A DNA stretch of 64,000 nt from Alphaproteobacteria bacterium (lineage in GTDB: Bacteria; Pseudomonadota; Alphaproteobacteria; SMXQ01), in NCBI GenBank assembly GCA_038131655.1, contig JAYPPT010000001.1, positions 153,447 through 217,446 on the forward strand, written 5' to 3'. The translations under genes and the position numbers were made by a program. How positions within the stretch are numbered: position 1 is the stretch's first letter; each line of letters begins with the position of its first letter. This document shows positions 17,603-27,294 of this stretch, in pieces. Below the pieces are notes generated by a model that was given only the letters and a program-made list of their open reading frames with translations, had not been told where the DNA came from and ran no database searches.

Positions 17603-19909
17603 TCAGCCGAGCGCCGCCTTGACCCGTTCCGGCGTCAACGGCGCCTGGCGCATACGCACGCCGGTCGCGTCATAGACCGCATTGGCGATGGCCGCCGACA
17701 CGGGCCGCGTCGAGCCCTCGCCCGCGCCGCGAGCCGGCTTATCGGGACGATTGAGCAGCACCACGTCGATGGCTTCCGGCGCATCGGTGCTGTCGAGGAT
17801 GGGATAGGTCGCCCAGTCCACGCTGGTCACGCGATCGGGGTCGAACATCACTTCCTCGAACAGCGAGCGACTTGTCGCCATGACAAGGTTGCCCTCGATG
17901 CAAAGCTTCAGCGCATCCGGATTGATAATCAGCCCGCAGTCATGGGACACGGTGAACTTCCGCACCCAGACGCGGCCGGTGGGCTTGTCCACCTCGACCT
18001 CGGCAACGATGGCGACACGGGTGGCATTGCGCAGCGAATAACCGATGCCGCGGCCCGTAACCGTGTTCTTGCCGCCCTGGCCCTTTTTCGGGCCGACGCG
18101 GGTCTCCCAGCCCGCTTTTTCAGCCGCGGCCTTTACCAGCTCGCGATCCCGCTCATTTTTGAGGTACTTGAGCCGGTAAGCCACCGGGTCCATCCCCGCC
18201 GCTTCCGCCAGCTCGTCATGGAACTGCTCGCAGGCGAACTGGATCTGCGGCCCCAGCGGGTCGCGCAGATGCGACGTGCGCAACGGCGAGTAGCGGTCCA
18301 GGAACGGCGGAATCACCTGCCAGCCCATGGCGCGGGCCGGGATATCATAGGTGTCTTCCGGCGAACGCCAGAACTTGCGCGGCTTCGGCTTGGCGCCCAA
18401 CTGCTGGCCCGCGAGGTTATCGCTCGGCTTCGATTCGTTGGAGCGCACGTTCTGGCGGTCAAAGCCCTTGGAAATGAACTCGTAGGCGATGACGTTGCCC
18501 TGGGCATCAAGACCGCCACGGGCGAAATGGACCGACGCCGGCCCCTTCGGATCCCAACCGGTACCTTCATGGCGCATGCCCTGGATACGCACCGGCTTGC
18601 CCACGGCCTTCGACAGCACCGCCGCCTGCATCGCCGCGTCGCCGCCGTCGTTGCGCCCGTAACAACCCGGTCCCGGCACCCAGACGCCACGCACCTGGTC
18701 GGGCTTGAGCTTGAGCATCTTGGCCACGCCCATGGCGGTGTAATGGGGCTTTTGCGAGCCCGTCCAGACAACCGCGTTCTTCGGATCGGCATCGACGATG
18801 GCGCAAGCCGGTCCCATGGACGCATGGGACTGGAAGGGGAATTCGAATTCCGCCTTCAGCACCTTCGCCGCGCCCTTGAGCGCTTCGTCGATGTTACCGT
18901 GCTTGGTATCCATCTTCTTGGCGATTACCTTCGCCTTGCGGATGTGGTTATACAGGTTTTTCTGTTCGCCGAACGGCTTGCCGCCGTCGGACCATTTGAC
19001 CTTCAGGTCCTGCGACGCGCGAATGGCATCCCATTCGTTGTCGGCGACAACACCGATAAAGCCCTTCTGATGCACGACGCGCGCACCCTTGATGTGCTTG
19101 ATCGAGGCGGCGTCATAGCCCTTGGGCATGGAGCCCGCGGTTTCCGGGTGAATCACGCGGCCATGCACCATGCCCGGGATCTTGACGTCCGTGACCATGT
19201 CCATGGTGCCGAAAACCTTGCCCGGAATATCGGTGCGCGGGAACGACTTGCCGACGACGCGATATGTGGACGGCTTCTTCGGCTTCGCCTTGCCCGAGGC
19301 ATAGAGGGAGTTGCCGTACTTCTTGTTCCACTTGAGCTTGTGGTTGAAGTAATTGCCCTGAAGAATTTCGCCATACGAAACCTTCTTCGAGCCATCGCCC
19401 TTGACGCTGACGATGCCGTCATTCACCTCGAGGTCGCCCGCATCGGCGCCAAGACGCTTGGCGGCGGCTTCCACCAGCACGCGGCGCGCTTCCGCCGCGA
19501 TGGCGCGCATCGCCTTGCCGCCCCGTTCCACGGCGGTGGAGCCCGAGGCGCCGCCCTGGTTGACCGAGGTCGAAGTATCGCCAAGCTGGGTCACGACACG
19601 TTCGTACTTGACGTCCAGTTCTTCGGCGACGATCTGCGAGATCGCCACGTCCACACCCTGACCCATGTCCATCTTGCCGAAGAAGGCTGTCACGTCGCCG
19701 TCGGCGGTAATGGCGATAAAGCTGTCGAGTTCGGTCGGCACCAGCTTGGGCTTTACCCGGGAGCCGATCGCCATGGTCGCCGCATGGGCCTTCTTGCTGT
19801 TGTGCCCGATCGGCGCCGCCGCGGTCACGACCAGCGCACCCGCGCCCTGCAACAGGCGACGGCGCGAGAAATTAAAATCCTTCGGAGAAATCATCTTCGT
19901 CATGGTCAT
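17603..19909 (-). CDS. aldehyde oxidoreductase / isoquinoline 1-oxidoreductase beta-like molybdopterin-binding subunit (IorB family), Tat-exported
   Basis: 768 aa, twin-arginine signal SRRRLLQGAGALVVTAAAP, xanthine-dehydrogenase-family Mo domain; RBS GGGGGG. Confidence 0.85.
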   Translation of the reverse strand: MTMTKMISPKDFNFSRRRLLQGAGALVVTAAAPIGHNSKKAHAATMAIGSRVKPKLVPTELDSFIAITADGDVTAFFGKMDMGQGVDVAISQIVAEELDVKYERVVTQLGDTSTSVNQGGASGSTAVERGGKAMRAIAAEARRVLVEAAAKRLGADAGDLEVNDGIVSVKGDGSKKVSYGEILQGNYFNHKLKWNKKYGNSLYASGKAKPKKPSTYRVVGKSFPRTDIPGKVFGTMDMVTDVKIPGMVHGRVIHPETAGSMPKGYDAASIKHIKGARVVHQKGFIGVVADNEWDAIRASQDLKVKWSDGGKPFGEQKNLYNHIRKAKVIAKKMDTKHGNIDEALKGAAKVLKAEFEFPFQSHASMGPACAIVDADPKNAVVWTGSQKPHYTAMGVAKMLKLKPDQVRGVWVPGPGCYGRNDGGDAAMQAAVLSKAVGKPVRIQGMRHEGTGWDPKGPASVHFARGGLDAQGNVIAYEFISKGFDRQNVRSNESKPSDNLAGQQLGAKPKPRKFWRSPEDTYDIPARAMGWQVIPPFLDRYSPLRTSHLRDPLGPQIQFACEQFHDELAEAAGMDPVAYRLKYLKNERDRELVKAAAEKAGWETRVGPKKGQGGKNTVTGRGIGYSLRNATRVAIVAEVEVDKPTGRVWVRKFTVSHDCGLIINPDALKLCIEGNLVMATSRSLFEEVMFDPDRVTSVDWATYPILDSTDAPEAIDVVLLNRPDKPARGAGEGSTRPVSAAIANAVYDATGVRMRQAPLTPERVKAALG

Positions 19910-19917
19910 GTCCCCCC

Positions 19918-20394
19918 TTAAGACGCCATTGCCTTACCCGCGCGCTTGACCGCGCGGATAATGGCCATGTGGGTGCCGCAGCGGCATTTCAGGCCGGAAA
20001 GCCCTTCACGGATTTGCTTGTCATTGGCTTTCGGGTTCTTGGCCAGCAACTCCGCCGCCGTCATGACCCAACCGTTGACGCAGTAGCCGCACTGGGAGAC
20101 CTGCTCATCAATGAATGCCTGCTGCACGGGATGGGGCTTTTCCGGTGTGCCCAGGCCTTGCAGGGTAACGACCTTCTTGCCCACGGCTTCACCGGCCGGG
20201 AAGGAGCACGAACGCGTCGCCTTGCCGTTGACGTGAACGGTGCAAGCCCCGCACTGGGCCAGGCCGCAGCCGAAATGGGGATTGCTCAAACCCGCTTCGT
20301 TACGCAGCGCGTAGAGAAGCGGCATTTCCGGATCGACGGTCATGCTGTAAGGCTTGCCGTTGACGTTAAGCTTGATGCGTTTTGCCTTAGCCAT
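19918..20394 (-). CDS. (2Fe-2S)-binding small subunit (IorA-like)
   Basis: 158 aa, CGxGxCGAC and CGYC / CRCG cysteine motifs; upstream of IorB-like gene. Confidence 0.9.
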   Translation of the reverse strand: MAKAKRIKLNVNGKPYSMTVDPEMPLLYALRNEAGLSNPHFGCGLAQCGACTVHVNGKATRSCSFPAGEAVGKKVVTLQGLGTPEKPHPVQQAFIDEQVSQCGYCVNGWVMTAAELLAKNPKANDKQIREGLSGLKCRCGTHMAIIRAVKRAGKAMAS

Positions 20395-20657
20395 TCCAGG
20401 TCTCCCTTAATGAATGCGTCCAGCCTTCTGCGCGGTGTGGGCCCCGCGGGAATGCGAACGCCGTGCCGTCACGCAAGGCAACGACACGAACAACGTTACG
20501 CATTGGAAATGCTGAAACGACCCAAACGAAAAAGCTCCCAACCCGTCACGGTTATTTTTCATATATGCCGGTAAATTCCCCCACCGGCCCGTGACGAAGC
20601 TTGATTCCCGCCCGCTTTGGCTTCTCTGTCAAGCGGATTAGACGTGTGCACCTGATT

Positions 20658-21266
20658 TCAAGGGATTGGCCGGGCCGAAAACGCGGCGATATCGGCCGCG
20701 GTATCAAGGTCCGTGAGCGGCCCCTCGCCCGCGATGGCCACGTCGCGCACCACGTCCTTATGCGCCGCGATCACCGTGCGCGCGCCGGTATCGCCGCGGC
20801 CCGATGCCAGTTCGGCGAAGTAGGCGCGGGAAAACAGCGCCGGGTTGCCGCGCCGGGTCCCGGCAAAGGGCACGCAGATGGGGGATTGCGCGGAATCGAA
20901 CGCTTTGATCAGGCGGTCTATATCGTCGGTGCGCAACGCCGGCATATCGCCGAGGCAAATCAGCGCGCCGTCGCAATCGGGCGGCACCGCCCGGATGCCC
21001 GTGGCGATGGAGGTGGCGATCCCGTCGGCGTAATCGGGATTGAATACGAAGCGGACATCGCGCCCGGAAAGCGCGCTGCGCACCGCGTCCTGTTCATGGC
21101 CGGTAACGACAATCACCGGATGCGCCGATGACGCAAGAACCGTATCCACCACCCGGGCCACCATCGGGGTTCCGGCAATGTCGGCGGTCAGCTTGTTGAT
21201 GTTACCCGCCCGGGTCGAGCGCCCTGCCGCGAGAACGACCGCGGCAATCACGGGCGCCCGGGTCAT
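20658..21266 (-). CDS. MobA/MocA-like nucleotidyltransferase (molybdenum cofactor cytidylyltransferase candidate)
   Basis: LAAGRSTR...GxP NTP-transferase N-terminus; overlaps XdhC stop. Confidence 0.7.
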   Translation of the reverse strand: MTRAPVIAAVVLAAGRSTRAGNINKLTADIAGTPMVARVVDTVLASSAHPVIVVTGHEQDAVRSALSGRDVRFVFNPDYADGIATSIATGIRAVPPDCDGALICLGDMPALRTDDIDRLIKAFDSAQSPICVPFAGTRRGNPALFSRAYFAELASGRGDTGARTVIAAHKDVVRDVAIAGEGPLTDLDTAADIAAFSARPIP

Positions 21267-21976
21267 GACGGCGCGGTGCCCTTTTTCTTCGGGCGCAACA
21301 CGTCAATGATCTGGGCGACGATGGACACCGCGATTTCCGCCGGCGACAGCGCGCCGATGTCGAGCCCGACGGGCCCGTGGATGCGGTCGAGCTGGGCATC
21401 GGTGAAGCCCTGGGCCTTCATCCGTTCGCGCCGCTGGGCCTGGGTTTTGCGCGAGCCGAGCGCACCGATGTAGAAAACATCCGCCCCCATCGCCGTCGCC
21501 AGCGCCGGCTCGTCCAGCTTGGGATCATGGCTGAGCGTGACCACCGCCAGGCGCCGGTCGAGACCCATGTTTTCAAGCGCCGTATCGGGCCATTCATGGG
21601 ACAGCTTAGCATTGGGGAAACGCGCCGCGCTGGCATAGGTGGTGCGCGGGTCGATCACCGTCACCTCGAAACCGATCTCGGCGGCGATGGAACCGAGATA
21701 TTGCGAAATGTGACCGGCGCCGATGATGGCGAGACGCAGCGGCGGCGTCAGGACCTGGATGAAAACGCGGCGCCCGCCTTCTTCGAACAGGCGACTTTCC
21801 TCGCGCGCCAGCGCGGCATCGAGCGCCGCCTGAAGCGCGTCGTCGATGGCGAGCGAACCCTCCGCCTTGCCGTCGATCACCAGCGCCTCGGCGCCGCTGG
21901 AAATATCCGTCAGCCGCGCTATGGAGCTTTTCGCGTCACGGGCCTTGAGCAGGGCGGCAAGATATTCCGGCTGCAT
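21263..21976 (-). CDS. XdhC family protein, C-terminal Rossmann-like domain (XdhC_C)
   Basis: IIGAGHISQYLGSIAAEIGFEVTVIDPR motif. Confidence 0.75.
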   Translation of the reverse strand: MQPEYLAALLKARDAKSSIARLTDISSGAEALVIDGKAEGSLAIDDALQAALDAALAREESRLFEEGGRRVFIQVLTPPLRLAIIGAGHISQYLGSIAAEIGFEVTVIDPRTTYASAARFPNAKLSHEWPDTALENMGLDRRLAVVTLSHDPKLDEPALATAMGADVFYIGALGSRKTQAQRRERMKAQGFTDAQLDRIHGPVGLDIGALSPAEIAVSIVAQIIDVLRPKKKGTAPS

Positions 21977-21980
21977 CGGC

Positions 21981-22316
21981 TCAGCCCACTTTTTCGACGA
22001 AAATTTCGATCTTGCCGCCGCAGGACAAACCGACCTCCCAGGCCTGATCGTCGGCGATGCCGAAATCGAGCAGCTTGGGCGTGCCGTCCTTGAGGACGCC
22101 GCCCGCCGCCTCGACCACCGCGCTTTCGACGCAGCCCGCCGAAACGGAACCGACGAAATGGCCCTCGCTGTCCACCGCCAGCTGGCTGCCCACCGGACGC
22201 GGGCTCGAGCCCCAAGTCGTCACCACGGTGGCCAGCGCCACGTCGCGGCCTTCATCCTTCCAGCGCTTGACGACACCAAGCACATCATCTTCGGCACCGG
22301 GCACGATATCGCCCAT
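21981..22316 (-). CDS. XdhC/CoxI N-terminal domain protein (split from C-terminal domain ORF by TGA + 4 nt)
   Basis: 111 aa, ALATVVTTWGSSPRPVGSQLAV motif of XdhC_CoxI domain. Confidence 0.7.
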   Translation of the reverse strand: MGDIVPGAEDDVLGVVKRWKDEGRDVALATVVTTWGSSPRPVGSQLAVDSEGHFVGSVSAGCVESAVVEAAGGVLKDGTPKLLDFGIADDQAWEVGLSCGGKIEIFVEKVG

Positions 22317-22459
22317 GGCGGCTATCCCCTGCTTATGCTGTTGCTATACTGATATACGACGCCGAGGCCCGAACACAAGCCCCGCCCCGGCTTGACAAGG
22401 CCGGATGGGGCGGCCCAAATACCCGCCAACGGCACAAAAGACCGCGACAGGGGGATACA

Positions 22460-24631
22460 CTGGCCACCGAGGCAAAAAGGCTTCCCGGCAGCCTGAACAA
22501 CAATCCGGAACTGGATCTGTGGATCGGCATCGGCACCGACGGCACCGTGGCCGTGCGCACCGGCAAGGTCGAAATCGGCCAAGGGCTGAAGACCGCCATC
22601 GCCCAGGTGGCCGCCGAGGAACTGGACGTATCTTTCGCCCGCATCCGCATCATGACCGCCGATACCGCCGCAACGGCCGATGAAAACGTCACCTCGGGCT
22701 CGCGCTCGATGGAGGTTTCCGCCACCGCCGTCCGTTTCGCCGCCGCCGAGGCGCGCGGCATCATGCTCGACATGGCTGCGGAAAGCCTGAGGGTGGACCG
22801 CGACAGCCTGGTGATCGAGGACGGCACCATTACCAGCCCCGCCACCAACCAAAATCTCACCTACTGGGAACTTATGGGCGGGCGCCCCTTCGCGCGCCAG
22901 GCCACCGCCGCCTACCCGCCCAAGGCGCCGGAGACCCATTCCATCGTCGGCCAGCGCGTTTTGCGCCTCGACCTGCCGGACAAGGTTTTCGGCCACGCCG
23001 CCTTCGTCCACGACCTGGTGCTGCCCGGCATGGTGCATGGCCGCATCGTCCGTCCGGCCCATCAGGGCGCGAAGCTGGAAAGTCTGGACGCCGGGGCCGT
23101 CGAAAAAATGCCCGGCGTCATAAAGGTCGTGCGCGACGGTGATTTCGTCGGCGTCATCGCCGCCACCGAGATCGAGGCCATACGCGCCCGCACCGCGCTG
23201 GCCGAAGCCTGCCGCTGGCGCGACGGCGCACCGCTGCCCGATGAGGACACCTACTACGACTGGATGGTCAGCCAGGACACGGTCGCGGGCGGCTGCATCG
23301 ACGGCAACCACACCGACGCGGCACCACCGGACGATGCCGCCCCCGAGGGAGCCAAGGCGACGGTCGAAGGCATCTACGGCAAGCCCTTCATCCTGCACGG
23401 TGCCATCGGGCCAAGCTGCGCCGTCGCCGAGATGAGCGACGGCAAGCTTCTGCTCCATACCCACAGCCAGGGCGTGTTCCCCTTGCGCCGGGCGCTGCAT
23501 AACGTGCTCAAGCTTGGCGAAGAAAATATCCGCTGCGTACACATGGAAGGCGCGGGCTGTTACGGCCATAACGGCGCCGACGACGTGGCGCTGGACGCGG
23601 CGCTGCTAGCGCGTGCGCTGCCCGGCACGCCGGTCCGGGTCCAGTGGATGCGCGAGGACGAACACCGGTGGGAGCCGTTCGGCACCGCCATGGTGGTGGC
23701 GGCGCGCGCCAGCCTGGACGCCGACAACAAGGTCTGCGACTGGCGCTTCGACATCTGGTCCCACCAGCACGGCAACCGGCCCAAGCCCAAGCCCACGGAA
23801 TCGGGGCTGCTGGCCTCGTGCCTGATCAAAGGCGGATTGCCGCCCCAGTCCACCGGCCCGGCCAAGGATTCGGAAGCCGGCGAACACCGCAACGCCTGGC
23901 CCGGATACGATTTTCCGCGCGTCAACATCGCCAAGCATTTCGTGCAGGCGCATCCGTTCCGCACCTCGTCGCTGCGCGGCCTCGGCGCCTTTGCCAACGT
24001 CTTTGCCATCGAGCAAACCATGGACGAGCTTGCCCGGGCGGCGGACATCGACTCGGTCAGCTTCCGGCTCGCGCATCTGTCCGATCCACGCGCCCGCGCC
24101 GTCCTGCAAGCGGCGGCGGATGCCATCGGCTGGGGACAAAGCGCCGGCGAAGGCCGCGGCAAGGGCATCGCTTACGCACGCTACAAGAACACCGCCGCCT
24201 ATTGCGCCGTCGCCGTCGAGGTTTCGGTGGACGAGGCGAGCGGGCGGATCGAGGTGGTTCGCGCCGCCTGCGCGGGCGACGCCGGCGAAGCCGTTGCCCC
24301 GGACGGCATCGGCAGCCAGCTCGAGGGCGGGGTGATCCAGGCGACAAGCTGGACGCTGATGGAACGGGTCCGGTTTTCACCGGGCGAGATCACCAGCGTG
24401 GACTGGGAAACCTATCCCATGCTCACCTTCCGCGACGCGCCGGAGGTGGAGACCATCGTCCTCAACCAGCCGGGACAGAAATTCCTGGGCGTCGGCGAAG
24501 CGAGCCAAGGCCCCACCGCCGCGGCCATCGCCAATGCCGTCTTCGCCGCCTGCAGCGTGCGCCTGCGCGAAATGCCGCTGACGCCCGAACGCGTCAAGGC
24601 AATGATCCAGGAAGCCCGCAGAAGTTCGTAA
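22460..24631 (+). CDS. IorB-family molybdopterin-binding oxidoreductase subunit, paralog 2 (no signal peptide); likely non-canonical CTG start
   Basis: First ATG/GTG/TTG is at 22547, but N-terminal homology to paralog 3 (AKRLPGSL...) extends to ~22470; GGGGGA RBS 4 nt before CTG 22460; TTGACA -35 at 22392. Confidence 0.7.
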   Translation: MATEAKRLPGSLNNNPELDLWIGIGTDGTVAVRTGKVEIGQGLKTAIAQVAAEELDVSFARIRIMTADTAATADENVTSGSRSMEVSATAVRFAAAEARGIMLDMAAESLRVDRDSLVIEDGTITSPATNQNLTYWELMGGRPFARQATAAYPPKAPETHSIVGQRVLRLDLPDKVFGHAAFVHDLVLPGMVHGRIVRPAHQGAKLESLDAGAVEKMPGVIKVVRDGDFVGVIAATEIEAIRARTALAEACRWRDGAPLPDEDTYYDWMVSQDTVAGGCIDGNHTDAAPPDDAAPEGAKATVEGIYGKPFILHGAIGPSCAVAEMSDGKLLLHTHSQGVFPLRRALHNVLKLGEENIRCVHMEGAGCYGHNGADDVALDAALLARALPGTPVRVQWMREDEHRWEPFGTAMVVAARASLDADNKVCDWRFDIWSHQHGNRPKPKPTESGLLASCLIKGGLPPQSTGPAKDSEAGEHRNAWPGYDFPRVNIAKHFVQAHPFRTSSLRGLGAFANVFAIEQTMDELARAADIDSVSFRLAHLSDPRARAVLQAAADAIGWGQSAGEGRGKGIAYARYKNTAAYCAVAVEVSVDEASGRIEVVRAACAGDAGEAVAPDGIGSQLEGGVIQATSWTLMERVRFSPGEITSVDWETYPMLTFRDAPEVETIVLNQPGQKFLGVGEASQGPTAAAIANAVFAACSVRLREMPLTPERVKAMIQEARRSS

Positions 24632-24655
24632 CCGACCGACCAAGGGAAAGAACCC

Positions 24656-25126
24656 ATGAGCAAAACCTTCACCCTGCGCGTCAACGGCAAGAGCCACGAC
24701 GTTTCGACCGAGGCCGATACGCCGCTGCTCTATGTGCTGCGCAACGATCTCGGGATGAAGTCTGCGAAATACGGCTGCGGCCAGGAACAATGCGGCGCGT
24801 GCAGCGTCATCATCGACGGCGAACGCGCCTTTTCGTGCTCCGTTGATGTTGCCGACGCGGCGGGCAAGGACATCACCACCCTTGAAGGCATCGGCAGCGC
24901 CGACAAGCCGCACCCGATCCAGGCCGCTTTCATCGCCGAACAGGCGGCGCAATGCGGCTACTGCACGGCTGGCATCATCGTCGCCACCAAGGTTCTGCTC
25001 GACGGCAATCCCAATCCCGACATGGCCGCGATCCGCACCGCGCTGCAAGACAACCTGTGCCGCTGCGGCGTTCACAGCCGCGTGTTCCGCGCCGTGCGCC
25101 GCGCCGCGCGGGAGATGTCGCGGTGA
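24656..25126 (+). CDS. (2Fe-2S)-binding small subunit (IorA-like), paralog 2
   Basis: 156 aa, CGQEQCGAC, CGYC, CRCG motifs. Confidence 0.9.
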   Translation: MSKTFTLRVNGKSHDVSTEADTPLLYVLRNDLGMKSAKYGCGQEQCGACSVIIDGERAFSCSVDVADAAGKDITTLEGIGSADKPHPIQAAFIAEQAAQCGYCTAGIIVATKVLLDGNPNPDMAAIRTALQDNLCRCGVHSRVFRAVRRAAREMSR

Positions 25127-27294
25127 GCGAACCGGCCAAGCTTCCCGGCAGTCTGAAAACCGACCCGCGCATTGATTCCTGGCTCAGCATTGATGCCGGC
25201 GGCACCGTTACGCTGCGCACCGGCAAGGTGGAATACGGCCAGGGTGTGAAGACCACCATTGCCCAGGTTGGCGCCGACGAGCTGGACGTGGCCATCGGCC
25301 GGGTCCGCGTCGTCATGGCCGATACCGGCGCCACGGTGGATGAAAAGCTGACGGCGGGATCGGGCTCGATCGAGGAATCCGCCGTGGCCATGCGCCACGC
25401 GGCGGCGGCGGCCCGCGCCATCCTGCTCGACCGTGCAGCGGCGGAACTGGGCGTCGCGCGCGACAGTCTGACCGTTGATGACGGGACCGTTTCCAGCCCC
25501 GCCACCAACCGCAAGATCACCTACTGGGACCTGATGGCGGATACGGCTTTCGAGGCTGATGTGACCGCCGATACCCGGACCAAATCCCCGGACCAGTGGC
25601 GCCTGATCGGCACCGCGGTGCCGCGTCTCGATATCCCGGCCAAGGTCACCGGCGGGACCGCTTTCATCCAGGACATGGAGATGACAGACCTGCTGCACGG
25701 CCGGGTCATACGGCCGCCCTCCTACGGCGCGGCGCTGGAAACCTTCGACGATGCAACAACGCGCGATATCGAAGGCGTGATTAAAATTGTGCGCGACGGC
25801 AACTTCATGGGCGTCATCGCCCGCAGTGAAGCCGCCGCCGTGCGCGCCCGCGAATTGCTGGCGAGCAACTGCACCTGGAAAGAGGTCGCGCAATACCCCG
25901 ACGAAGACCGCCTGTTCGACTGGATGATCGAACAGGAGTGCGAGGACGCCCTGATCGAGGACGGCGTGCCGGTGGACAAGCCGATCCCCGAAATCGCCGC
26001 CCCCGGCGACAGCGCCGTGACCCTGGAAGCGATTTACGCGCGGCCTTTCCAGTCCCATGCCAGCATCGGGCCGTCCGCCGGCATGGCGCGCTGGGACGAC
26101 GGCAAGCTGACCGTCTGGGCCCATAGCCAGGGCATTTATCCGTTGCAGGCGGCGCTGTCCTGCGCCTTCGACATGGCGAAGCAGGATATTCGCTGTATCT
26201 ACGCCGAGAACGCGGGCGTTTACGGCCACAACGGCGCCGACGATGCGGCGATGGACGCAGCCATGCTGGCGCGCGCGGTGCCCGGCAAATGCGTGCGCGT
26301 ACAGTGGATGCGCGACGATGAATTCAAGTGGGAACCGTTCGGTTCCGCCATGGTGGTGATGCTACAGGCCAGCACCGACAAGGCGGGAAAGATCATCGAC
26401 TGGAACTGCGACCTGTGGTCCAACGCCCATGCTGGCCGCCCGCGCGCCAAGAAAGAGACCGCGGGCTTCATCGCCTGCTGGCATCGCGCCGATGCGACAC
26501 CGGCACCGGAGCCGGTGGACAACAACGGACGCGACGGCGGCGCCCATCGCGGGGCCCGGCCCTATTACGATTTCGGCACTGGCCGGCTGGCCAAGCATTT
26601 CGTGAAGCCGCACCCGCTGCGCGTGTCGTCACTGCGGGCACTCGGCACCTTCGGCAACATCTTTGCCATCGAATCGATGATCGACGAACTGGCCGAGGTG
26701 ACGGGAACGGACCCGGTGGAAATGCGGCTCCGGCACCTGACGGATTCGCGCGCACGCGCCGTGGTGGAAAAGGTCGCCGACATGGCCGGGTGGAAACCCG
26801 AATCATGGGGCAACGGCTTCGGCCAGGGCATCGCGTTCAACCGCTACAAGAATTCAAAATGCTACGCCGCCGTGGCGTTCGAAGCGAAGGTGGACACAAG
26901 CACCGGCGTCATTGAAATTCCCAAGGCCTTCATCGCTGCCGACGCGGGCCTTGCCATCAACCCCGACGGCATTGCGAACCAGCTTGAAGGCGGGCTGATC
27001 CAGGCCGCGAGCTGGACCCTGAAGGAAGCGGTGCGCTTCGATCCGGTGCGCATCACCAGCGTCGATTTCGAAAGCTACCCGATCCTGACCTTCCGCGAAG
27101 TGCCGGAGATCGAAACCCATGTCATCCAGCGCGCCGATGAAAAGCCCATGGGCGTCGGCGAGGCGACCCAGGGCCCGACACCGGCGGCCATCGCCAACGC
27201 GGTTTATGCCGCGATCAGCGTGCGCCTGCGCGAAATTCCGTTCACGCCCGAACGCGTCAAACGCATGATCGCGGAAGCGAAGGCCGGGAACTAA
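25125..27294 (+). CDS. IorB-family molybdopterin-binding oxidoreductase subunit, paralog 3 (GTG start overlapping upstream stop, GTGA)
   Basis: ~55% identical to paralog 2 by eye over full length; translational coupling with FeS gene. Confidence 0.8.

Noticed and set aside
17213-19921. 902-aa + strand ORF
   Set aside because: Antisense to the well-supported IorB-like gene; nonsense composition.
22451-22461. 11-mer gggggatacac shared with 46186-46196, both just upstream of start codons
   Set aside because: Expected number of chance 11-mer repeats in 64 kb is in the hundreds; not significant on its own.
24952-25124. Upstream in-frame extension of IorB3 ORF to 24952
   Set aside because: It would overlap the IorA2 coding region by 170 nt. 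Homology to IorB2 begins right at the GTG at 25125, which overlaps the IorA2 stop.
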